Translations under genes and position numbers: made by a program
NCBI RefSeq assembly: GCF_963921235.1
Contig: NC_086097.1
Span: 240,438,001-240,502,000 of the forward strand
Direction of reading: 5' to 3'
Length of the DNA: 64,000 bases
Source: Mobula hypostoma
Lineage: Eukaryota
The notes under the pieces: generated by a model
Told to the model about the DNA's origin: nothing
The model's input: the letters and a program-made list of their open reading frames with translations, nothing else
Database searches by the model: none
Part shown: one piece after another, positions 38,147 through 48,462 of the stretch
Layout of the letters: each line of letters opens with the position of its first letter
Numbering within the stretch: position 1 is the first letter of the stretch

Positions 38147-38849
38147 GGGGTAAAGGTAAACAGCTACAACAGGAGGCTGTATTTTTCTTTAATGCTATTT
38201 GTATTTAGGGGTATAGCACATAATAGGCCCTTCTGACCCAGTGAGCCAATGCCACTCAATTACACCAATATCACAAACTAACCTACTAACCCGTACATCT
38301 TTGGGATGTTGGAAGAAACCCACGTGGTAATGAGGAGAACATACAAACTTCTCACAGACAGTGGGATTACACTAACTGCTATACAATAGTGCCATACTAA
38401 CCTATCCTTATCTCATTTGATTAGGTCAATTAACCTATTCTTTTCCCATTTTATTGAGACAAAGTTCCCCTTACACCAAAGAAGATGCATTCTAAGCTGC
38501 TCATAACTTGAAACTCGAAACTCTTCTGATCCTTCTCCACAGATTCTGTAAGAGCTGTGAAACCACAAGAGCCTTTATGAGAAGTTGTTAACAACGATGA
38601 GAAGTCTGACATTAGGCTAAACTACAAGTTGAAGCCTTGTCACAAGTTCAGTGAAGTTCTGAGAAGGCAGCATTCCCTAGAATTGACCATATTTATACTG
38701 CTGAGAATGCAGCATTTGGCATTTGTGAGTTAAACTACTTCATATCAACTTCCCCACAAATTCCATTGCCAGAGAACGTTAAATATCCTTTTATGTCTGA
38801 GTGCTACAGCTGTGACTTGAGCTTACTGTACACAAAACATACAACATTA

Positions 38850-39400
38850 CATCTCAGTAAGGCCCTTCAGACCATGATGTTGTACCAACCTTTTAAGCTA
38901 CCCTCAGATCAATCTAACCCATCTCACCCACATAGCCCTCATTTTTCCATCATCCATGTGCCTATATAAGAGTTTCTTAAATGCCCCGAAGGCATCTGGC
39001 TCTACCACAACCTCGGCAGGGTGTTCTACGCATCGACCACTCTTTGTGTAAAGGACTTACCGCTGATATCTCCCCTCCCCCCACCCCGTACTTTCCTACA
39101 ATCACTTTAAAATCATGCCCCCTCTGTATTAGCCATTTTGGCTCTGGAAAAAGTCTCTGGCTGTCCACTCTGTCTTTGCCTCTTATCATCTTATAAACCA
39201 CTATCAAATCACCTCCCATCTTTCGTCAAAGAGAAAATCCCTAGCTCAGTCAACCTATTCTCATAAGACATGCTCTCCAACCCAGGCATCATTCTAGTAA
39301 ACCTCCTCTGCACATTCTCTAAATCTTCCACATCCTTCTGATAATGAGACGGTCAGAATTCAGCACAATATTCCAAGAGTGGTCTAACCAGGGTTTTATG
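38850..39400 (-). mobile_element. Degenerate CR1 3' fragment
   Basis: GGDLIVVYKMIRGKDRVDSQRLFP. Confidence 0.75.
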
Positions 39401-39469
39401 CTAACACTCTATGAAAACGGTTAAAATGCACAGTAATGTAATTTATGGCATGTTGAAAGCCAAGACTCC

Positions 39470-40360
39470 GGTTAAGATGGTGTTTCCGAACACGTGTGAC
39501 AGTTAAAAAGGCAAGAAATTTGACTTAAAAACATCACTAAAAGCACCTTTTCTGAGGTAAATTGCGTTATATCATCATCGTGCACAGTGAGGGGGTGAGT
39601 GATGGTGAGGCGAGTTCGAGGGAGGAGCCGGAATGGCGTGTTGCAGAATCGATGCAGATGGAGCGAGCCATTCGGAGAGAAGTCGGGGCAGTGAACTTGC
39701 GGTGCCTGTACAACTGACCCTGGTGCGAGGTTGGATTGCTCTGGGCACCAAGGGGAGAACTCAGGGCTGAGGAGATTCGATGCTCCTACAACTAGCCTGG
39801 ATGTGAAGTTGGATCGCTCTGGGCACCGAGCTGATTTGAAGGGCTTGAGAGCAGCTTCGGTCTGGATGGTGAAATCAGGACCCGGATTTCCTTGCTCCCT
39901 ACAACGTTCTCTCCTCTCTCCGGGGTACCTTTTCACTGTTCCATTGTTTGGTCAATTTAAATGCCAGCCCAGATAGCCTCAATAGACAGGGTGCTGGCAT
40001 TTGAGCTGTGAGCTGACTTTGCTCCCTCTCCACGACGGTCACTTCTCTCTTCATGGTGCTGAGCTCCGTACCCACTGATATAATCAACTGATAAGCGAGG
40101 CTTTGGGCCTACCCCGGGCTGTTCTGGGGTTCCGATATGAGGACTCAAATTCTGGTTTGGAATGTTGTTGTTCGCATCAATTGCTTGCATGATTTGTAAT
40201 TTTTTATCTTACTCTTGCACATTGGGTGTTGGTCTTTTATTTTTTTTTCTTTAATTCGGTTCTTTCGGGTTTCTTACTTTCTGGCTACCTGTAAGCAAAC
40301 AAATCTCAAGCTTGTATAATTTATACATTCTTTGATAATAAGTGATTTTGAACCTTTGAA
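39470..40360 (+). mobile_element. Non-autonomous non-coding retroposon, copy 2
   Basis: Starts 'ccggttaagatggtg', is homologous to 31930-32750, and carries an internal tandem duplication of about 80 bp at 39690-39830. Confidence 0.6.
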
Positions 40361-40635
40361 GATGTCAATTATTTAGCAAAGGTGTTAGCAGACTGGATCT
40401 TATTAGTCCACTTCCATAATTCCTCCCAGCATCTTAGACGACACGCACAAAACCCACACTGGGAGAGGCAGGTTGGTAAACTCAATGAGTCAGAATTTAC
40501 TACTAGCAGGGAGCCACCCCTTCAGCACAAAGTCATGTGGGAACAGTACTGGCAAAGATTTTTACAGATCCACTGACATCAAATTGTTGGTGACTTAAAT
40601 GGCAAGATAAAAATCTAGACCTTGCACAAATTTAA

Positions 40636-40955
40636 GGCGGCACGATAGCGTGGCGATTAACACAATTGCTTTACCAGCAATCACCGATTGGGATTCGATT
40701 CCTGCCGCAGTCTGTAAAGTGTTTGTACGTTCTCCCCATAACTGTGTGGGTTTCCTCCGGGTGCTCTGGTTTCTTCCCACAGTCCAAAGATGTACATTTA
40801 AGGTTTTTCGAGTTGCAGACATGTTAAATTCGCACTGGAAGAGAGGTGACATTTTTCCGTCTGCCACCAGCACAATGCTTGGATGGTGTTGATCGCTGAT
40901 GCAAAATGATGCATTTCACTGTATGTTTTGATGTTTGGATGTACAGGTGACAAAG
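40636..40955 (+). mobile_element. tRNA-derived V-type SINE
   Basis: 'ggcggcacgatagcgtggcgattaa' (A box), 'gattcgattcc' (B box), core 'ttctccccataactgtgtgggtttcctccgggtgctctggtttcttcccacagtccaaaga'. Confidence 0.7.
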
Positions 40956-41571
40956 TAGGCAGCCATTGTATCCTTGCAGTTAATATAGTGCTAGTTATTG
41001 ACACCTGGAAAAGCCACACACCCTATTGGCTGTCACAATCATCAAGACTGAATATTTCTGAGTAACCCTGAGATTCAAAAGTTATTGAATTCAATTTAAC
41101 AACTATGATATTTGCAGAATAGTTAACAAATGCAGAGAAGTTGAAATGTCTCTGGATAGTAAGTGGACAGCTGGAGAAAGCAACAAGTTCGTGCTATGCC
41201 ACTTATCTCAACATTGGAGTTCAACATCAGAGCACGGCTCTCTGGTTGAGGACTCATACTGGAAGGGAAATATGGCTCAACCTCTGTCAACTGATGTAAA
41301 GTTCCCAGAAGTTATACACCAGGAAGCTAATAAATCAGAGAGGATTATCAGCAGCGGCTTGGCAACATAACAATGAACTTACTGTCATCCTGGGCTTCCT
41401 GGAATATTCGAATTAAAGATGAGAAAACAAAAGAAATTGAGATAGTCCAATACTTTCAGCTACGAAGCAATGTAGCTCCTTACTTATCTTCAACCTTGTC
41501 TGGGAAAGAGGACGACCGTTGTAACTGACACTGGAAAGGGGTGGCATTCATTCAGTATTTAGATATGGCTC

Positions 41572-41801
41572 TGTGGTAAACCATGTATATATGTTGTAAC
41601 TCGGTTACCTGTCTGGACACACACCTCTGCTGACTGCCCCTGTGGCTCCTCCCACAGAGTCCTGTATAAAGGTGTTCGCCTTGCCCCTCCCCCTCAGTTC
41701 GGGGGCAGACACTCACTGTGGAGCTCGTATTGTACAGCGAATAAAAGCCTTTCAGTATTTTTACCAAACCTCAGTCTTTTGGAGTAATTGAAGGTGCTTC
41801 A
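41572..41801 (+). repeat. 5' LTR (230 bp)
   Basis: TGTGGTAAAC...GGTGCTTCA, with TATAAA at 41665-41670 and AATAAA at 41740-41745. Confidence 0.95.
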
Positions 41802-41827
41802 ATTTTATTCGCTGTACATTTTAAAAC

Positions 41828-44800
41828 ATGGAACAGGTCTTGAGACCAGAAAAATTAGACCTCCATCCGCAAATGCCTGATGCTGGAAACACTTTCGAAC
41901 TCTGGCTGGCCTGCTTCGAAGCGTATCTAGAGGAGATTAAAGCGACCGACCCCGTAGCGAAGCGCAGAGTTCTACTCTCCAGGGTCAGTCCACGGGTCTA
42001 TTCGCTGATCAGAGACCAGCCGAACTACGATGGTGCGATGAACGCACTCAAAAGACAATACCTGCGGCCGATAAACAGCGTCTATGCTCGGCATCGCTTA
42101 GCGACACGGCAACAACGGTCCGGGGAATCGAGTGCTGAGTTTGTCCGGGCCCTACAGACACTCGTGCGAGTCTGCAATTGCCAGGAGCTGACGGCGGCGC
42201 AGCATGCAGAACTCCTAATGAGAGACGCCTTCGTTACGGGGACCAGGTCAGTGTACATGCGCCAGCGGCTGCTGGAAAAAGCCGATCTTACCCTAAGTTT
42301 GGCGATCGAGCTGGCTGATACATTGGAGGCCGCTCTGCATAACTCCGAGGCTCTCCAGGCACGCGATCCCCCGATGGCCTCGTGGGTGTCGCAGACCCCG
42401 CAACCCGCCGGCGAATCGACCTCGGCTGCAGCCAGTCGTGAGTCCGTGAAGTGCTACTTCTGCGGACTGGAGAAACACCCCCGGAACCGCTGCCCGACCC
42501 GACAAGCTACCTGTTCCAGCTGCGGAAAGAAGGGCCACTTCGCCAAGGTCTGTAAGTCAAAACCGCGAGCAGGATCGAGCAGCGCCGCATGCGAGACATG
42601 GGGGCCGCCATCTTCCCTGCACACTGCCACCACGTGCGAGACATGGGGGTGGCCATCTTGGTTGGCGCCACCTCCCACCGCCTACGACCAACGGGTGCTC
42701 ACGGGGCACCCCACCACGCCGGACCAAGACAGCGACCCCACCCTGGCTTCCGTGACCCTCGACCAAAGCGCTCCCCACCAGCTTGCAAGGTCAATGATGG
42801 ACATCCTGGTGGAGGGGCGCAGGACAAGCTGCCTGTTTGACACCGGCAGCACAGAGAGTTTTATCCACCCAGCCACGGTGCAGCATTGTGGACTCATGAT
42901 ACGGCCAGTAAGTCGGAGGGTCACCATGGCCTCCAGGTCGCATACAACAGACATCCGGGGGAGTTGTGTAGCGACGCTAGTGGTGCAGGGCACAGAATAT
43001 CGGGACTTTACGTTACTGGTCTTGCCTCAACTGTGTACCCCTGTGCTGTTGGGGTTGGACTTCCAGAGCCACCTGAAAAGCGTGACAATAAAGTATGATG
43101 GGCCCCTCCCGCCAATTACTGTCATAAATCCCCTGTTTTGTAGAGATATGTCACGTACCCTGCTACTGACCACACACACGCACCAACCCGCGCATCCCAC
43201 CCAACCTCATGCCAACTGCCACACTACTGACACCATTTGCAACCTCTCCACCCTCAGAATCCCTCCCCCACCGCTGTTTGCCAACCTGACCCCCGACTGT
43301 AAACCTGTGGCAACTAAAAGCAGGAGGTACAGCGCAGGGGACAGAGCTTTCATTAAGTCGGAGGTGCAGCGGCTGCTCAGGGAGGGGGTCACTGAGGCAA
43401 GCACAAGTCCTTGGAGGGCGCAGGTGGTGGTTGTTCGGAACGGGGAGAAGAATAGGATGGTCGTGGACTATAGCCAGACCATCAATAGGTTCACGCAGCT
43501 CGACGCGTACCCTCTACCCCGCATCGCGGATATGGTCAATCAGATAGCACAGTACAAGGTGTACTCGACCATAGACCTAAAATCCGCTTACCATCAGCTC
43601 CCCATCCGCCGGGAGGACCGCCCTTACACTGCCTTCAAGGCGGACGGCAGGCTTTATCAATTCCTGCACGTCCCCCTTGGTGTCACGAATGGTGTATCTG
43701 TCTTCCAGAGGGCAATGGACCGGATGGTGGACCAGTGCCAACTGAAGGCCACGTTCCCATATCTGGATAACATCACCATCTGCGGTCACGACCAGCAGGA
43801 TCACGACAACAACCTCCAAAAATTTCTCCAAGCGGCCAAATCTTTCAACCTCACCTATAACAAGGACAAGTGTGTATTTGGGACCACCCGACTTGCTATC
43901 CTTGGGTGTGTCGTGGAGAATGGAGTCATTGGCCCTGACCCCGACCATATGCGCCCCCTGTTGGAACTCCCTCTTCCCAATACCCTCAGAGCCCTCAAAA
44001 GGTGCCTGGGCTTCTTTTCATATTACGCCCAATGGGTCTCTAACTATGCAGACAAGGCCCGCCCCCGGTCAAGTCCACCACATTCCCCCTCTCTGCCGAG
44101 GCCCACGCGGCCTTCAACCGCACAAAAGGGGACATTGCCAAAGCAGCAATGCATGCGGTGGATGAGGCCATTCCCTTCCAAGTAGAGAGTGACACCTCCA
44201 ACTTTGCACTGGCTGCTCCCCTCAACCAGGCAGGAAGATCAGTGGCGTTCTTCTCCCGTACCCTTCAAGGCCCTGAAATTCGGCACTCTGCGGTAGAGAA
44301 AGAGGCCCAGGCCATAGTGGAAGCTATAAGGCACTGGAGGCACTACCTTGCCGGCAAAAGGTTCACCCTGCTAACTGACCAGCGCTCAGTCGCATTCATG
44401 TTTAATTATCAGCAGCGGAGCAAAATCAAAAATGATAAAATTCTGAGGTGGAGAATCCAACTCTCCACCTACAACTATGACATCATGTACAGGCCTAGGA
44501 AGCTCAACAAGCCCTCCGATGCCCTATCCCGGGGAACATGCGCCAGCGCGCAGATCGACCGGCTATATGCCCTACATGTAGACCTTTGCCACCCGGGAGT
44601 CACCCGGCTTTTCCACTTCATGAAAGCCTGGAACCTGCCTTACTCCCTTGAGGAGATCAGGATGATGACCAGGGACTGCCAAGTCTGCGCAAACCGCACT
44701 TCTACCGACCCGAAAAGGCACCACTCATCAAGGCCACCCACCCCTTTGAGCGATTGAGTGTTGACTTTAAGGGCCCCCTTCCCTCCACCGACCGCAATAT

Positions 44801-45680
44801 GTACTTTCTTAACGTAATTGACGAGTACTCGCAGTTCCCCTTTGCCATCCCCTGCCCCGACACCACTACCACGTCAGTTATAAAAGCCCTGCGCAAGCTC
44901 TTCACTCTGTTCGGATACCCATGCTATATCCACAGTGACAGAGGGTCCTTGTTTATGAGTGACGAGCTGCGCCAATATCTACTGGCCAGGGGGATTGTTA
45001 CTAGCAGGACCACAAGCTATAATCCCCGGGGGAATGGACAGGTAGAGAAGGAGAATGGCGCAGTGTGGAAAGCCACACTCTTAGCCCTCAGGTCAAAGGG
45101 ACTGCCGGTCTCCCGCTGGCAGAAGGTCCTTCCCGAGGCACTCCACTCCATCCGCTCCCTATTATGCACAGCCACCAATGCCACCCCTCAAGAGCGGCTC
45201 TTTTCTTTTCCCAGAAAATCGACCACTGGAAGCACCCTACCATCTTGGCTGATGTCCCCGGGGCCAGTGCTGCTCCGGAAACATGCAAGGAGCAATAAAT
45301 ACTCCCCGATAGTCGAGAGGGTTCACTTATTTCATGCGAACCCCCAGTATGCCTACGTGGTTTTACCTGATGGGCGGGAGGACACGGTCTCCATCCGCGA
45401 CCTGGCACCCGCAGGAGCTCCGGGCCCCTACCCTGAACACTCCATGGTGACTATTGACCCCGTACCCACCAATGTATGTACCTACGAGACACCGTGCACC
45501 CCAAACCCTACACAGACACCACACGACACTCCCATACCAGGCGCGACGCACACGCACGAGGGATTACCGACGCCTAACGTGCTGGCACCTGAAGTCAGGC
45601 CGGAGCCAGCACAACCACCATCGCCGGTGCTACGTAGATCACAGCGACGGACTCGACCGCCTGATAGACTTAACCTGTAA
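41828..45680 (+). pseudogene. Gypsy gag-pol polyprotein; originally one ORF, now with two frameshifts (about 44067 and 44690)
   Basis: Two Zn knuckles (CYFCGLEKHPRNRC, CSSCGKKGHFAKVC); protease LFDTGS; RT RMVVDY, IDLKSAYHQ, YLDN; RNase H ESDTS, EKEAQA, TDQRS; integrase H..LCH..C..(C), VDFKGP, HSDRG, NGQVE. Confidence 0.93.
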
Positions 45681-45731
45681 ATATACTTCTTGTAAATATT
45701 GTCAGTCACTTCACCCCGCGGGACTCTTTTT

Positions 45732-45752
45732 AAAAAAAAAAGGAGGGGTGAA
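45732..45752 (+). other. Polypurine tract
   Basis: aaaaaaaaaaggaggggtgaa immediately before the 3' LTR. Confidence 0.85.
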
Positions 45753-45981
45753 TGTGGTAAACCATGTATATATGTTGTAACTCGGTTACCTGTCTGGACA
45801 CACACCTCTGCTGACTGCCCCTGTGGCTCCTCCCACAGAGTCCTGTATAAAGGTGTTCGCCTTGCCCTTCCCCCTCAGTCCGGGGGCAGACACTCACTGT
45901 GGAGGTCGTATTGTACAGCGAATAAAAGCCTTTCAGTATTTTACCAAACCTCAGTCTTTTGGAGTAATTGAAGGTGCTTCA
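45753..45981 (+). repeat. 3' LTR (229 bp)
   Basis: By eye, differs from the 5' LTR by 3 substitutions and 1 indel. Confidence 0.95.
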
Positions 45982-46228
45982 GACTGGTATCCTGGCGGAA
46001 AGGGTTAAAAGAGCTGTTAGGGAGGGTTTAAACTAATTTGGCAGGGGAATGGGAACCGGAATGATAGAGCAGAGGAAGGGGAAAACAGAAATAAATCTAA
46101 GGTAGTGAGCAGTAAAGATGACAGGAAAGACAGGCAGGTGACAGGGCAAATTTGCAGCCATTGGGATGAGTTGCAGTGCAATAAAGTTGCAGTGAAATCA
46201 AAGCGAAAAGTACCAAATACTGGTCTTA

Positions 46229-48015
46229 GAAACATAGAAACATAGAAAATAGGTGCAGGAGTAGGCCATTCAGCCCTTCGAGCCTGCACCGTCATTCAGT
46301 ATGATCATGGCTGATCATCCAACTCAGAACCCTGCACCAGCCTTCCCTCCATACCCCCGATCCCTTTAGCCACAAGGGCCATATCTAACTCCCTCTTAAA
46401 TATAGCCAATGAACTGGCCTCAACTGTTTCCTATGGCAGAGAATTCCACAGATTCACCACTCTCTGTGTGAAGAAGTTTTTCCTAATCTCGGTCCTAAAA
46501 GGCTTCCCCTTTATCCTCAAACTGCGACCCCTCGTTCTGGACTTCCCCAACATCGGGAACAATCTTCCTGCATCTAGCCTGTCCAATCCCTTTAGGATTT
46601 TATACGTTTCAATCAGATACCCCCTCAATCTTCTAAATTCCAACGAGTATAAGCCTAGTTCATCCAGTCTTTCATCATATGAAAGTTCTGCCATCCCAGG
46701 AATCAATCTGGTGAACCTTCTTTGTACTCCCTCTATGGCAAGGATGTCTTTCCTCAGATTAGGGGACCAAAACTGCACACAATACTCCAGGTGTGGTCTC
46801 ACCAAGGCCTTGTACAACTGCAGTAGTACCTCCCTGCTCCTGTACTCGAATCCTCTCGCTATAAATGCCAGCATACCATTCGCCTTTTTCACCGCCTGCT
46901 GTACCTGCATGCCCACTTTCAATGACTGGGTTATAATGACACCCAGGTCTTGTTGCACCTCCCCTTTTCGTAATAGGCCACCATTCAGATAATAATCTGT
47001 TTTCCTGTTTTTGCCACCAAAGTGGATAACTTCACATTTATCCACATTAAATTGCATCTGCCATGAATTTGCCCACTCACCTAACCTATCCAAGTCACCC
47101 TGCATCCTCTTAGCATCCTCCTCACTGCTAACACTGCCGCCCAGCTTCGTGTCATCCGCAAACTTGGAGATGCTGCATTTAATTCCCTCATCCAAGTCAT
47201 TAATATATATTGTAAACAACTGGGGTCCCAGCACTGAGCCTTGCTGTACCCCACTAGTCACTGCCTGCCATTCTGAAAAGGTCCCGTTTATTCCCACTCT
47301 TTGCTTCCTGTCTGCGAATCAATTCTCTATCCACATCAATATCATACCCCCAATACCGTGTGCTTTAAGTTTGCACACTAATCTCCTGTGTGGGACCTTG
47401 TCAAAAGCCTTTTGAAAATCCAAACATACCACATCCACTGGTCCTCCCCTATCCACTCTACTAGCTACTTCCTCAAAAAATTATATGAGATTCGTCAGAC
47501 ATGATCTTCCTTTCACAAATCCATGCTGACTTTGTCCGATGATTTCATCGCTTTCCAAATGTGCTGTTATCACATCTTTGATAACTGACTCTAGCAGTTT
47601 CCCCACCACCGACGTTAGGCTAACCGGCCTATAATTCCCTGGTTTCTCTCTCCCTCCTTTTTTAAAAAGTGGGGTTACATTAACCACCCTCCAATCCTCA
47701 GGAACTAGTCCAGAATCTAAAGAGTTTTGAAAATTTATCACTAATGCATCCACTATTTCTTGGGCTACTTTCTTAAGCACTCTAGGATGCAGACCATCTG
47801 GCCCTGGGGATTTATCCACCTTTAATCCCTTCAATTTACCTAACACCACTTCCCTACTAACATGTATTTCCCTCAGTTCCTCCATCTCACTGGACCCTCT
47901 GTCCCCTACAATTTCCGGAAGATTATTTATGTCCTCCTTAGTGAAGACAGAACCAAAGTAATTATTCAATGGGTCTGCCATGTCCTTGCTCCCCATAATC
48001 AATTCACCTGTTTCT
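46229..48015 (-). mobile_element. Young CR1, 5'-truncated; same subfamily as 21658-25560
   Basis: Translations nearly identical to 23790-25472, (catagaaa) tail, TSD GTCTTA at 46223-46228 and 48016-48021. Confidence 0.93.
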
Positions 48016-48042
48016 GTCTTAAGGTGTTATACTTAAATGCAT

Positions 48043-48462
48043 CATATTCATAAGGCCAGTGATGTTGTGGGGATGGAACTGGACTCTCTGACGGTGGTGT
48101 CTGGAAAGAGGATGCTGTCTAAGTTGCATGCCATCTTGGTCAATGTCTCCCATCCACTACATAATGTACTGGGTGGGCACAGGAGTACATTCAGCCAGAG
48201 ACTCATTCCACCCAGATGCAGCACAGAGCGTCATAGGAAGTCATTCCTGCCTGTGGCCATCAAACTTTACAACTCCTCCCTTGGAGGGTCAGACACCCTG
48301 TGCCGATAGGCTGGTCCTGGACTTATTTCATAATTTACTGGCATTAATTACATATTACTATTTAACTATTTATGGTTCTATTACTATTTATTATTTATGG
48401 TGCAACTGTAACGAAAACCAATTTCCCCCTGGGATCAATAAAGTATGACTATGACTACGACT
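48043..48462 (+). mobile_element. Rex/Babar-type 3' fragment
   Basis: KASDVVGMELDSL...SHPLH...SFLPVAIKLYN, with a (tatgac)n tail. Confidence 0.75.

Larger units (their letters stand above)
41572..45981 (+). mobile_element. Young, near-intact Ty3/Gypsy LTR retrotransposon (4.4 kb, Mag-like)
   Basis: Two TG...CA LTRs, gag-PR-RT-RH-IN order, and a PPT before the 3' LTR. Confidence 0.95.

Noticed and set aside
38520..38730. Strong acceptor at about 38541 and GTGAGT donor at about 38724
   Set aside because: All three frames have stops. A non-coding exon cannot be supported from sequence alone.
40636..40710. tRNA gene
   Set aside because: A/B boxes run straight into a SINE core and no full cloverleaf is evident.
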